From an uncultured Acidobacteriota bacterium (lineage in GTDB: Bacteria > Acidobacteriota > UBA6911 > RPQK01 > JAPXNP01), in NCBI GenBank assembly GCA_963777605.1, contig CAVZRV010000006.1, positions 96,001 to 160,000 of the forward strand: 64,000 bases of DNA, read 5' to 3'. The stretch's first letter is position 1. The number at the start of each line of letters is the position of its first letter. The notes beneath the pieces were generated by a model that made no database searches, had not been told where the DNA came from, and was given only the letters and a program-made list of their open reading frames with translations. Position numbers and translations under genes: made by a program. Positions 38,986-48,189 of this stretch are shown piece by piece.

Positions 38986-40377
38986 TCATCCTTGCACCTC
39001 ACGTTGTCCTCTTGACCGCAGGAAGAGGAAGTAGGCGGCGACCGATGCGCCCAGGAACGCGGCCGAGAAGATCACGCCCGCCATTGGGCCGGTGAAGAAA
39101 ATATAGAGCCAGAGTGCGAGCGAGATCAATGCCGGGAACGGGTAGAACCACATGAGGAAAGGATGCGGAATGTCTTTCCGATAGCGATGAAGCAAGATCA
39201 CGCCCAGGCACTGCCAGATAAACCGGAGCAGTATCTGCACCTGAATCAACCAGCTGACCAACTGACCAAGCGTAAAGAAGCAGAATGGCAGAGAGATCAC
39301 TCCGAGCGTGATCAACGAGACGTAGGGGAAATGCTTCGTCGGGTGGACCTTCGCGAACACTGCAAAGAAGTCCCCGTCCCGGGCGGCCGCAAAGGGGATT
39401 CGCGAGTATCCCAGGATAACGGCATAGAGCGACGACGCCGCCACGAAAAGGATCAATCCCGTCATGACGATGCCCGCAATGTGCCCGACCTCCGGGTCGG
39501 TGAAGGTCCTCGCGATGAAAACCGAGGCGACGGTCCGGGTCTGCTCGGCTTCCTGCCAGGGAATCATACCAACGATGACCGTGCTCATCAGGATGTAGAG
39601 CGTCGCCACCACAAAGATTGCCAGGACGATAGATCGGGGAACGACTTTGGTCGGGTTCTTGATCTCCTCGGCAATGTTGCAGACCTGGTTGTAGCCACCG
39701 TAACTGTACATGGCCAAAACCGAAGCCGCGCCCAGGCTGTAGATCCATTCACTGTCGATCCGAAAGGCATGCTCGGGAAAGGTAAAGGCCTGCGCAGGAG
39801 AGAAGTTGAACAATCCGGCGATGATCACCCAGCCCACCGTCACCAGGACTCCACCCAGCATCACGACAGCTAATTTTCCGATCGACTCGATGTCCCGGTA
39901 CAGCAGTGCCGTCATCCCCAGGCAGACGAAGGCAGCTACCAGGTTGTGCTCGAGCGGCGACATGGTGGACCAGTAGAAGCCGAGGTAGTCGGCAAACCCG
40001 ACGGCGCCTCCGGCAATCGAGAGGGGTGCGACCAGGATGATCTGGAAGATGAAGATGAACGCCATCATTCGCCCGATCCCAAATGGCTTGTAGGCTTCGC
40101 GCAGGTAGAGGTAAGGGCCGCCGCTGCCGGGTATTGCCGCCCCGAGCTGCGCGTACACCAGACCGTCGCAAAGGGCCAGAAAGGCTCCAGCCACCCAGGC
40201 GTAGATGATGTGCGGCCCGTGCATGGCCGCGATCATGAAAGGAATAGTCAGGAAGGGGCCGACCCCGACCATCCCGATGATGTTCGTGGCCGTGGCCTGC
40301 AGTAACCCCATGCCCCGCTCCAGGTGCGGGGACTCGTCCAACGGTGTACTCAATTCAGCCGCACTTTCCGAGTTCAT
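38986..40377 (-). CDS. APC-family amino acid/amine permease
   Basis: MVGVGPF, PGSGGPYLYL, YSYGGY..IAEEIKNP and SRIPFAAARDG motifs; about 12 TM segments. Confidence 0.92.
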   Translation of the reverse strand: MNSESAAELSTPLDESPHLERGMGLLQATATNIIGMVGVGPFLTIPFMIAAMHGPHIIYAWVAGAFLALCDGLVYAQLGAAIPGSGGPYLYLREAYKPFGIGRMMAFIFIFQIILVAPLSIAGGAVGFADYLGFYWSTMSPLEHNLVAAFVCLGMTALLYRDIESIGKLAVVMLGGVLVTVGWVIIAGLFNFSPAQAFTFPEHAFRIDSEWIYSLGAASVLAMYSYGGYNQVCNIAEEIKNPTKVVPRSIVLAIFVVATLYILMSTVIVGMIPWQEAEQTRTVASVFIARTFTDPEVGHIAGIVMTGLILFVAASSLYAVILGYSRIPFAAARDGDFFAVFAKVHPTKHFPYVSLITLGVISLPFCFFTLGQLVSWLIQVQILLRFIWQCLGVILLHRYRKDIPHPFLMWFYPFPALISLALWLYIFFTGPMAGVIFSAAFLGASVAAYFLFLRSRGQREVQG

Positions 40378-41666
40378 GGAACCCCCAGATCCGATAACAA
40401 TTGACTTGCTGTTTCAAGGTCCGTCACAAGAGGATTGGCGGCCAGGGCCCGGCGGCAACTCTCCACGTCGCGCTCGTGCGAGGCGACGATGGTCAGTCGC
40501 TCGTAGTGCTTGATCCGCTCGATGAGTTCCCGGGTGTGGGAAGGAACCGGCGGAACGCTGAGAGCGAGAGCCCCGCTGCAGTTGACGACGCAGGGGACCT
40601 CGATGATGTCGTCATCTTCGAGGAAGGGGAAATTGCCCCGGTTCCGGACATTCAGTGGAATGATGGCGCCGTTGTTGAAGTGAATGGCCGACACAACGGC
40701 CATGGCGATGCGGTCGTAGCCCGTGAGGACGCCGGAAGAGCCGGCAGGCCGCCGCTCGGCACCGGTCTCCACCTCCATATAGCCGGCGTCCCGGGCAGCA
40801 AGGTAGCTCCGGTAGGCACCAGCGCGATCGACTCCGGGACGGCGCAGCTCCTCGAGGAGCCGGCGATTCAGCCCGGCGATGATCTCCCCTCGCGAGGACC
40901 CGGCTTTTCGAAGATTGGCAAGGGCCCGATCGGTCCGGTAGTAGTAATAGAGGTACTCAGTCGGAAGCAGCCGTAATTCCTGGAGCCGGGAGGTTTCGAA
41001 CAGGGGCGCACGATAGACTCGTTCCAGGCGCTCCCGATCATCCCAGATCGCGTCCAGAATCGGGTTTCCCCGATGAAGGACCTGGCGAAGCCAGCCAAGG
41101 TGATTCAGTCCGAAGAAGTCGAAGTAGCAGTCGTGCGAAGAGACACCCATCACGTGGGCCACCTCTTCGAATAGTTCGGTCGGCGTGTCACAGATCCCGA
41201 TGATGCGGTATCGCGCCGCTTCCTGGACCGCCTGCGTGATGATACTGACCGGGTTTGTGAAATTGATGATCCACGCCTCAGGCGCGTGTCGGGCAACCTG
41301 GGTCACGATCTCGAGCATCGCCGGAATCGTGCGGACGGCCATGGCAAAACCGACCGGGCCCACCGTTTCCTGCCCAACAACGCCGCGCTCGAGAATCGTC
41401 CTCTCATCGCGGGCTCTTCTCTCGATTCCTCCGACCCTGATACTGACGAAGACAAAGTCTGCTCCGGAGACGCAGTCGGCTATTTCCCTGTGACGAGTTA
41501 CCAGGAGGCCCGGCGCCATATCCTGGGCCAGCCCCCCGATCAGTTCGAGCCGATCCTGGTCGACGTCGTAGAGAGCGATTTCCTCGAGCGGCAATCCTGA
41601 CTCCGCCAAACCCTGGACCAGCAATGGGCACCGCGCCCCGGCCCCTCCAATCAACGCGATCTTCAT
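40374..41666 (-). CDS. GH4 NAD-dependent glycoside hydrolase (6-phospho-beta-glucosidase-like)
   Basis: MKIALIGGAG, GQETVGPVG, INFTNP, IGICD, GLNHLGW and YLYYYY motifs. Confidence 0.92.
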   Translation of the reverse strand: MKIALIGGAGARCPLLVQGLAESGLPLEEIALYDVDQDRLELIGGLAQDMAPGLLVTRHREIADCVSGADFVFVSIRVGGIERRARDERTILERGVVGQETVGPVGFAMAVRTIPAMLEIVTQVARHAPEAWIINFTNPVSIITQAVQEAARYRIIGICDTPTELFEEVAHVMGVSSHDCYFDFFGLNHLGWLRQVLHRGNPILDAIWDDRERLERVYRAPLFETSRLQELRLLPTEYLYYYYRTDRALANLRKAGSSRGEIIAGLNRRLLEELRRPGVDRAGAYRSYLAARDAGYMEVETGAERRPAGSSGVLTGYDRIAMAVVSAIHFNNGAIIPLNVRNRGNFPFLEDDDIIEVPCVVNCSGALALSVPPVPSHTRELIERIKHYERLTIVASHERDVESCRRALAANPLVTDLETASQLLSDLGVP

Positions 41667-42544
41667 AAGAGTTCCTCCCGCTTCGGGAGACCGTCGAGGC
41701 CCCCGGCTCTCAGTGTCGATAACGCCCCCATCCGGTTACCCTCGGTCAGGCAACACTCGAAGTCTTTGCCGTTCAGAAGTGCTGCCAAAAAAGCGGCATT
41801 GAAAGCGTCGCCGGCTCCGGTCGGATCAAGTGCTTTCACAGTTAGCGCTGGGACCGCGATCGTCTCCTTCGCCGTAACCAGCCGGGAGCCTTGCGCCCCC
41901 AGCTTGATCACCGCCTTCGACGCGTGACCCCGCCAGAACTCCTGTGCGTTCAAGAGCGTCGCTGCTTCTGAATAGAGTAGTGCCTCGGCTTCGTTGACAA
42001 ACACAAAATCCAGTACCTTCAACAGTGAATGGAATCCGGGATCGCGGATGAGACCTTCGTTCCACCCGAAATCCCATGACGTCGTCCGGCCCCGCCGACT
42101 GGCCGCGGCCACAATTTCCGCCCACAGCCCGCAGTCAGCGGGGTAGAAAGCGAAGTGGAGATGCCGTCCGTCGGCACGCCGAGCCGGGCCCTGCAGTCTC
42201 TCCTCCAGAACGTCGTTGACGCCATTGTACGTGACGAACGTTCGTTCCGCACCAGTGGAAAGTGCCGCACTGATCGCGTGAGGTTCGTTGGAACGGCGGA
42301 CATTCCGCACCGTGATGCTCTCGCTCCGCAGTCGCCGCACCGCCTCGCGGCACAACCCGCTGATCACCAGGCAATTCAGCCCCAGACGTGAACCCGCGAC
42401 GGCCGTGATCATGACGCCGCCGCCGAAGGTTCTCACGAACTCGCCGGTCTTGAGTTCTTCGCCCAGCCCGGGGAGGCGGGGAAGGTTGAGAAAAATGAGA
42501 TCTTCAAATGATTCGCCGATGGCTACCAAATCGTATTTTGGCAC
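41663..42544 (-). CDS. PfkB-family carbohydrate kinase
   Basis: FVNEAEA, VIKLGAQG and DPTGAGDAFNA motifs; stop overlaps the GH4 start. Confidence 0.92.
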   Translation of the reverse strand: MPKYDLVAIGESFEDLIFLNLPRLPGLGEELKTGEFVRTFGGGVMITAVAGSRLGLNCLVISGLCREAVRRLRSESITVRNVRRSNEPHAISAALSTGAERTFVTYNGVNDVLEERLQGPARRADGRHLHFAFYPADCGLWAEIVAAASRRGRTTSWDFGWNEGLIRDPGFHSLLKVLDFVFVNEAEALLYSEAATLLNAQEFWRGHASKAVIKLGAQGSRLVTAKETIAVPALTVKALDPTGAGDAFNAAFLAALLNGKDFECCLTEGNRMGALSTLRAGGLDGLPKREELL

Positions 42545-42682
42545 CCCGGGAAGATACCACAGCCAATCCGACCTCCCGCAATGCCCGTCTCGATCAGGAG
42601 TTCGAACCTGGCTCGAGGTCGGGGCTCGTCGACGTTCCAGACACCTGGTTGAGGCGGAAGGTCCCCATTTATGTCAACTTAG

Positions 42683-42793
42683 CTTCAACACCACCGGTGG
42701 ATTGGCCAGTGGGCTGACCTGATGGATTTCGAGGTAGACACCGTCCTGGATGATGAGGAGGTCGCCCAAGTCCTTCGGGACAGCTTAGGTTAG
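42683..42793 (+). pseudogene. Possible C-terminal remnant of a DUF3303-like small protein
   Basis: Reads HRWIGQWADLMDFEVDTVLDDEEVAQVLRDSLG*, preceded by an in-frame TAG. Confidence 0.35.
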
Positions 42794-42832
42794 GCAGTTT
42801 TTCTCTGTACAGCAGGACAGACCTGTGCTTCC

Positions 42833-43993
42833 ATGGTCCGAACCATGGCAAAGTCGAGTACGCTGACCGCCGGACCAACACCTGAATCAGCCCCTCACCG
42901 AGTTGCGAACGGCCCATCACTCGACAAGAAGACCCGCCGGCTGGTTTCCCTTGACGCGTACCGGGGACTGATCATGATCTGCCTGATTTCAGTCGGCTTC
43001 GGTCTGGCCGCATTCGAGGGCCATTCCTACCTGGGATTCCTGGCCATGCAGGTGGATCACGTCCAATGGCAGGGCACGGTGTTCTGGGACCTGATCCAGC
43101 CGGCCTTCATGTTCATGGTCGGCGTGGCAATGCCGTTTTCCTACGCCAAGCGGCGTGCTCTCGGCCAGTCTCACAACCGGATTCTGATCCACGGAGTCCA
43201 GCGCGCAGTACTGCTCATCGTTATCGCCAACGCGATGGCAACAGTCCAGGAAGGCGTTCCCTCGATCGGATTCATCAACGTCCTCGATCAAATTGCGATC
43301 GGCTATGTCCTCGCCTTTTTCGTCCTTCGGCGCGGCTACCTGACCCAGGGACTCGTTGCCGGGGGAATCCTGTTGGTCTACACCCTGGCCTGGGTTTTCT
43401 ATCCCGGAAACGGTCCTGCGGGTCCGTGGGCCATGACCACTCAAAACCTCGGCGGAGACTTCGACCTCTGGATGCTCGGACGGCACTATTCCGGCTATTA
43501 CGTCGGACTCAACGCCATCCCCTCGACGGCCACGATCATTTTCGGAATCATGTGTGGCCGCCTGGTCGGCAGTGAACTTCCGCCGAGACGGATTGTCCGG
43601 ATCCTCCTGGGAAGTGGAGTCGCCGGGATTCTGATCGGCTTGGCCCTGAGCCCGATGGTTCCCATTATCAAGCGGATCTGGACCGCGTCGTTCACCCTCT
43701 ATTCGGCGGGATTCGTGATTCTGGGCCTGCTCTTCTTCTACTGGATCGTGGAGATCAGGAAACTCCAGCGGTGGACCTTCCCACTGGTCGTAGTCGGGAT
43801 GAATTCGATCTTTGCCTACATGATCTTCCAGATGGCCCGGGGATCTGTAGAAGACGGAGTCATGGCGTTCATCCGGCCTGTGGTGGAAGCGCTGGGCCCG
43901 TATGGGGCCGTGATGCACTCTGTTTTGAGCCTGGCGGTTATCTGGTACGTGCTTTACTTCTTCTACAAACGGCGCATTTTTCTCCGGGTCTGA
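42833..43993 (+). CDS. HGSNAT/NagX-like membrane acyltransferase (DUF5009 type)
   Basis: RLVSLDAYRG, HVQWQG..FWDLIQPAFMFMVG, PIIKRIWTASF and GMNSI motifs (alternative start 42845). Confidence 0.88.
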   Translation: MVRTMAKSSTLTAGPTPESAPHRVANGPSLDKKTRRLVSLDAYRGLIMICLISVGFGLAAFEGHSYLGFLAMQVDHVQWQGTVFWDLIQPAFMFMVGVAMPFSYAKRRALGQSHNRILIHGVQRAVLLIVIANAMATVQEGVPSIGFINVLDQIAIGYVLAFFVLRRGYLTQGLVAGGILLVYTLAWVFYPGNGPAGPWAMTTQNLGGDFDLWMLGRHYSGYYVGLNAIPSTATIIFGIMCGRLVGSELPPRRIVRILLGSGVAGILIGLALSPMVPIIKRIWTASFTLYSAGFVILGLLFFYWIVEIRKLQRWTFPLVVVGMNSIFAYMIFQMARGSVEDGVMAFIRPVVEALGPYGAVMHSVLSLAVIWYVLYFFYKRRIFLRV

Positions 43994-44011
43994 CAGGTCG
44001 GACACGTTCAA

Positions 44012-47000
44012 CTACTCAATCCCGTCAAAAACAGACTGTTCCTTCTCAGGCACCGGCACCCTCGATATGACCAGCGACAATTTCCCGTTGCGGGCGTGGT
44101 AGATCCCCTGGCTCTGGTAATTCCGGATCACGTACTCGGCGAAATCCAGGCAGGTCCCGTCAGTGCCCTTGAGCGGTTTCTCCCCGATCTGCGCCAGATC
44201 CAGGGTCGCCGGGTAGGACTCACTGGCCAGGTTGTAGAGCTTTTTCGGTTGCCACGGCGGGAGACCTAGTCGGGTCAGTTCAGGGTAGTAATCCACGTCG
44301 GCCCGGGCCCTTTCGAACGCTACCAGGCCGGCCCTTCCCGAGAGCTTGTGCCCCGGCTTGTCGTAATCGCCAAATACCCCCCCGTGGGTGATCACGATCT
44401 CGGGCCGATAGGCCCGGATCGCCGCCACCATCTGGCGAACCACGTTCTCCTCTCCTTCCCAGAGGCGCTCGCTGAAGTGGTAGTAGTCACTGCCGTTGTT
44501 GCCGGTTTCGAATTCATTGAAATTGGTTGCCGTCCGCACCCCGACCATCCACATGTCCCGATCATGTTCCAGGTTGTAAGTCTCCTCGTACTCGCTGCTG
44601 TGAACGTCACTGAGCGTTCCCACGTCAACGATCGTCCGGTTTTCGTTAATGGTGTAGTGGGCAAAAAATGCGTTCAGGTTGATAGCGGCGTCATCGCCGT
44701 GGGCCATCATGACGAGAATGTCGGCCTTAGGCTGAGGGACTCTTCCCGGTTCCCAGTTCCGCCCGCCATCGTGCGAACGCAGCACCTGCTCCTGTTCCCC
44801 GACGACGATCACCTCACCACCATCGTTTGCCCAGACCGCCCGCATCCATCCGCTATTGGGCAACGGCTGGTAGCGCCAACTGGCTCCCCCGTCTTCAGTC
44901 ACCAGCATCCGGGTTCCCAGTTCGCCCACCGCGTAGCCGATCCGGGGCGTCACGAACCGCACGCTTCTCAGGTCCATGAGATCGCGGATCTCCGATTTGA
45001 AGAAGGTCGCGGCCGGGTGCCAGGACTCTCCACTGTCATTCGACACGAGGACGGTTCCGTTCTGGCCTACGATGCAACCGGTTGAACCGTTGAAGGTGAC
45101 GTCGGTGTAGATCGGCTGAAATCCGTACGGTCGTCGGTCGGCCTCGGCCTGAACCGGTGTCCATGACTCACCACCGTCGGCGGTCTTGATCACCGTTTCA
45201 TTCAGACCGACGGCGAAACCGGTTTTCTCGTCTCTGAATTCAACCCCGTAAAGCCAGTTGATCGAGCCCGTGGTCGGCAAGACCGACCACGACCTCCCCC
45301 GTCTGTCGTCTTGAGCAGGAAACCCCGCTCTCCGACGGCGTAGCCGACTCGTTCGTTGACGAGGTCGAGACCCAAAAGCAGCCGCCCTCGCTCGCCGTAC
45401 TGGCACTCCCAGGTCTTCCCGCCGTCAGTGGTGTGAAAAATGTAGCCGTAACCCCCGCGCCGGTCATGACGCATGCTCTCGTTGGTCTCGGCGATGCGCA
45501 GCCGGCCACCGACGGCCCACCCCTCATTCGGACTGACAAAGTCAACCCGGTACAGGTCCGCGTCACTCTCCAAAGGGATACGCTGCCAGTGTTCTCCTCC
45601 ATCCTCGGTACGAAGGATTGTTCCCATCGCTCCAACCGCCCAACCGTTTGGGCCAATGAACTGGACGTCCATCAAGGGATAACCACCCTCCGCGGGATGA
45701 GGCACGGATGCGTAATACTTCGCGGCATCGATCACTCCCAGCATCTGATCCGCCTGCTCCAGGATCCTGGATTCCTGGGATGAATCACCGTCCAGGGAAA
45801 GTTGCTCGAGCGTCTTCCGAACTTCCGACACCCCGCCGGCAACCTCACCGATCCGCTCGATCCCGGCAAGGAGATCGTCCCGTCTCCTTCCGAGCGTCGC
45901 CTTCACTCCACCCGGGTCGAGGGTGTCGATGCCGTCGAGAGAACCGAACGTTCTCGGGTCAAGGAAATTTCCTCCCGAGTAGCTCCAGGCCTGGAGTTCC
46001 GACTCTCCCTCGCCAATGAGCCGGTTTCGAAACAGGTTTAAGCCCCAGGTCTCGCGGCTCTTCAACGGCAGATCCAGGGCCGTCAGATCGACCAGGGCCC
46101 GGGCTCCCCAACCGCCGGCGGTTTCATACCGCTCCACCTTGACCGGAGGAGTCCAGGAACGGGCCGGCTCGCCGTACGGTCCGTAGTGGGTTCCCCGGAC
46201 GCCGCCCTCGTTGTCCACGACGATCATGTAGAAAGCCTGGTGCACCGAATCACCGGGCGTACCCCGGGGTTGCAGGATGATCCAGAAGCACTCTTTCTGG
46301 AATAGACCCTGATCGACGAAAATCCCGTTGACCCCGGCCAGTCTGGGCCTCCATGCCCTTCCCCAGGCTGGTATCGTCCGCACTTCTTTCCGCGAGCCCG
46401 GCGCCATCTCCCTGGAGATTGACCGCCAGGCTCAACCCGCTCAGAACCACCTGCGCCCGCGCCCGGTTGCCTTCAACCAGTTCGCCCATCCGATCCGTCC
46501 AATCCAGTTTGAGAACCGGAACCGATTCCCAGAGCCCTCCATCTCCTGAGCCGCCCGGAGGCGGGATCGAATCCAACCGGCTGATCTGCGCGCGAACGGG
46601 CTGCTTCTGGCTCATGTCCGGCTTCACCTCTTGCAGGAAGTCAGGCCGCGTCCAGTAGTAGGACACTAGTCCGGGGCGCCGGACCATTACGTCCTGGGTG
46701 ACGGTCACGCCGACGTCCGCTGAGGTAACACGCGCCTGACCCTGCGCCGACTGAGAGCCATGGTGGAATGCCAACCGCCAGTCCCAACCAGGATCCGAGA
46801 AGAGGTCCAACCCGCTGAATGGAATCCGCATTTCAAGATCCCAGCCCCCGTCTCGATGGGCCGTCGCCACTTCCGCACCGGAGTTCCAGGAAGAGAAAAA
46901 GAACCCGTCCAGGTAAGGATCGAAATAGGAGTCCCAGACCGTCCCCAGGGGATTGGCGGCAATGGAGTAATAGTACCCGCTGCGCACCTTGATCGAGTCG

Positions 47001-47422
47001 GGCAGCCAGGGCCGAAGATCAACCTGCACGTAGTCATCACCGGTGATCACGCCGTCGAAATCCTCGAGCGACGCAGTGATCCCATCCGGTTCATCGACCG
47101 ACCAGAAAAGGTAGATGTTCTCGCCATCAAAGAGGACCCGAACCGAGGTCTTGTCCAGGTTTCCCGATGCGTCGCCCAGAGGGGAGATCTCGGCCGCGCG
47201 GTTCCAGTCGTCCTCCGTCATGGTCCCGTCTACGGTGATCTGCCTGGGCACGAACGTATGCCTGGTCTGGTAGAGCTGTTCTCCAGGTCCTGACTTGACC
47301 GAGATCAAGCGGTTTCCCCGGACGACCCGGTCTCCGGAAGCGTAGTGCTTCTGCCCGAGCGCCGGCGCCCCACTACAAAACACAGCTAGACTCACTACCA
47401 GAAAGATTCGCCTGAGATTCAT
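44012..47422 (-). CDS. ~1136-aa exported fusion: CBM9/DOMON-like + YCF48/BNR propeller + PIG-L-like domain; two apparent frameshifts (~46342, ~45298)
   Basis: ITVDGTMTEDDW...WDLEMRIPF; many T/SxDGGxxW Asp-boxes; MMAHGDD...IRAYRPEIVITH...PWQPKKLY. The three track ORFs join with single-base corrections. Confidence 0.78.
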
Positions 47423-47830
47423 GATCACCTTACTTCTGGCCTTTTCGACCGCTGTTGACCGAACGGCGGGGAGGGTTGGGCTGGCGAGTAACCTGCTGAA
47501 GACGCCTGATCTTGTCGGTGGGAAGATTCTCTTTTTCGCCTCGGACAGGCTTTTCATTATCGTCAGTTTTCTTCATCGAGCTACCCCCAAACAAATGTCC
47601 AGTCGGCCCCATCATCATCCTATGACTAAACGGCGTCAAGGGTTCTGCCGGAGGAAGTCGGTCCGTTAATCGTCAAGGTCGGCACCGTCCTTCTTCAGAC
47701 AATCGGAGCATATTGAATCCCTGGTCGGACTTTTCCGACTGCGCGCCGATTCATCCGGCATCCCCGGGAGGGGACAGATGGAGTGGACAACAAGTCACCT
47801 TTTATTGTACATGCGGATCGAGACAGCTGA

Positions 47831-48175
47831 TTGTTTGCATCCCTGGGTTGGGACCCGACCTGGCAGCGCCGAATGCCGGCCCGCATCAAGATGATCTGGA
47901 CGATCACGGTCGTCCTGGCCACGGCGTCGCTCTATGCTTTGAGGTTTCTGGCCGTCTGCTTTATGCCCTCTGGACAGCGATGGATTCCCATCAGCATCGT
48001 CGTCTTCGCCTACGCGCTCTTCTCCCTGGCCCAAGTCCTGGTTCGACGCGAGGTCTTCCGCCGACTGGATAGTGACGAGGATCAACTGGCCGCCCGGCAG
48101 ATCCAAGTGTGGCTTCTTCCCACGGATTTGCCCGCGGCGTCGAACCCTCCGATGATACGGCGATCCTCGCAATGA
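47831..48175 (+). CDS. Hypothetical small membrane protein or fragment
   Basis: Two hydrophobic stretches; start uncertain; no recognised motif. Confidence 0.3.
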   Translation: MFASLGWDPTWQRRMPARIKMIWTITVVLATASLYALRFLAVCFMPSGQRWIPISIVVFAYALFSLAQVLVRREVFRRLDSDEDQLAARQIQVWLLPTDLPAASNPPMIRRSSQ

Positions 48176-48189
48176 AGGTGAAATAGGCC

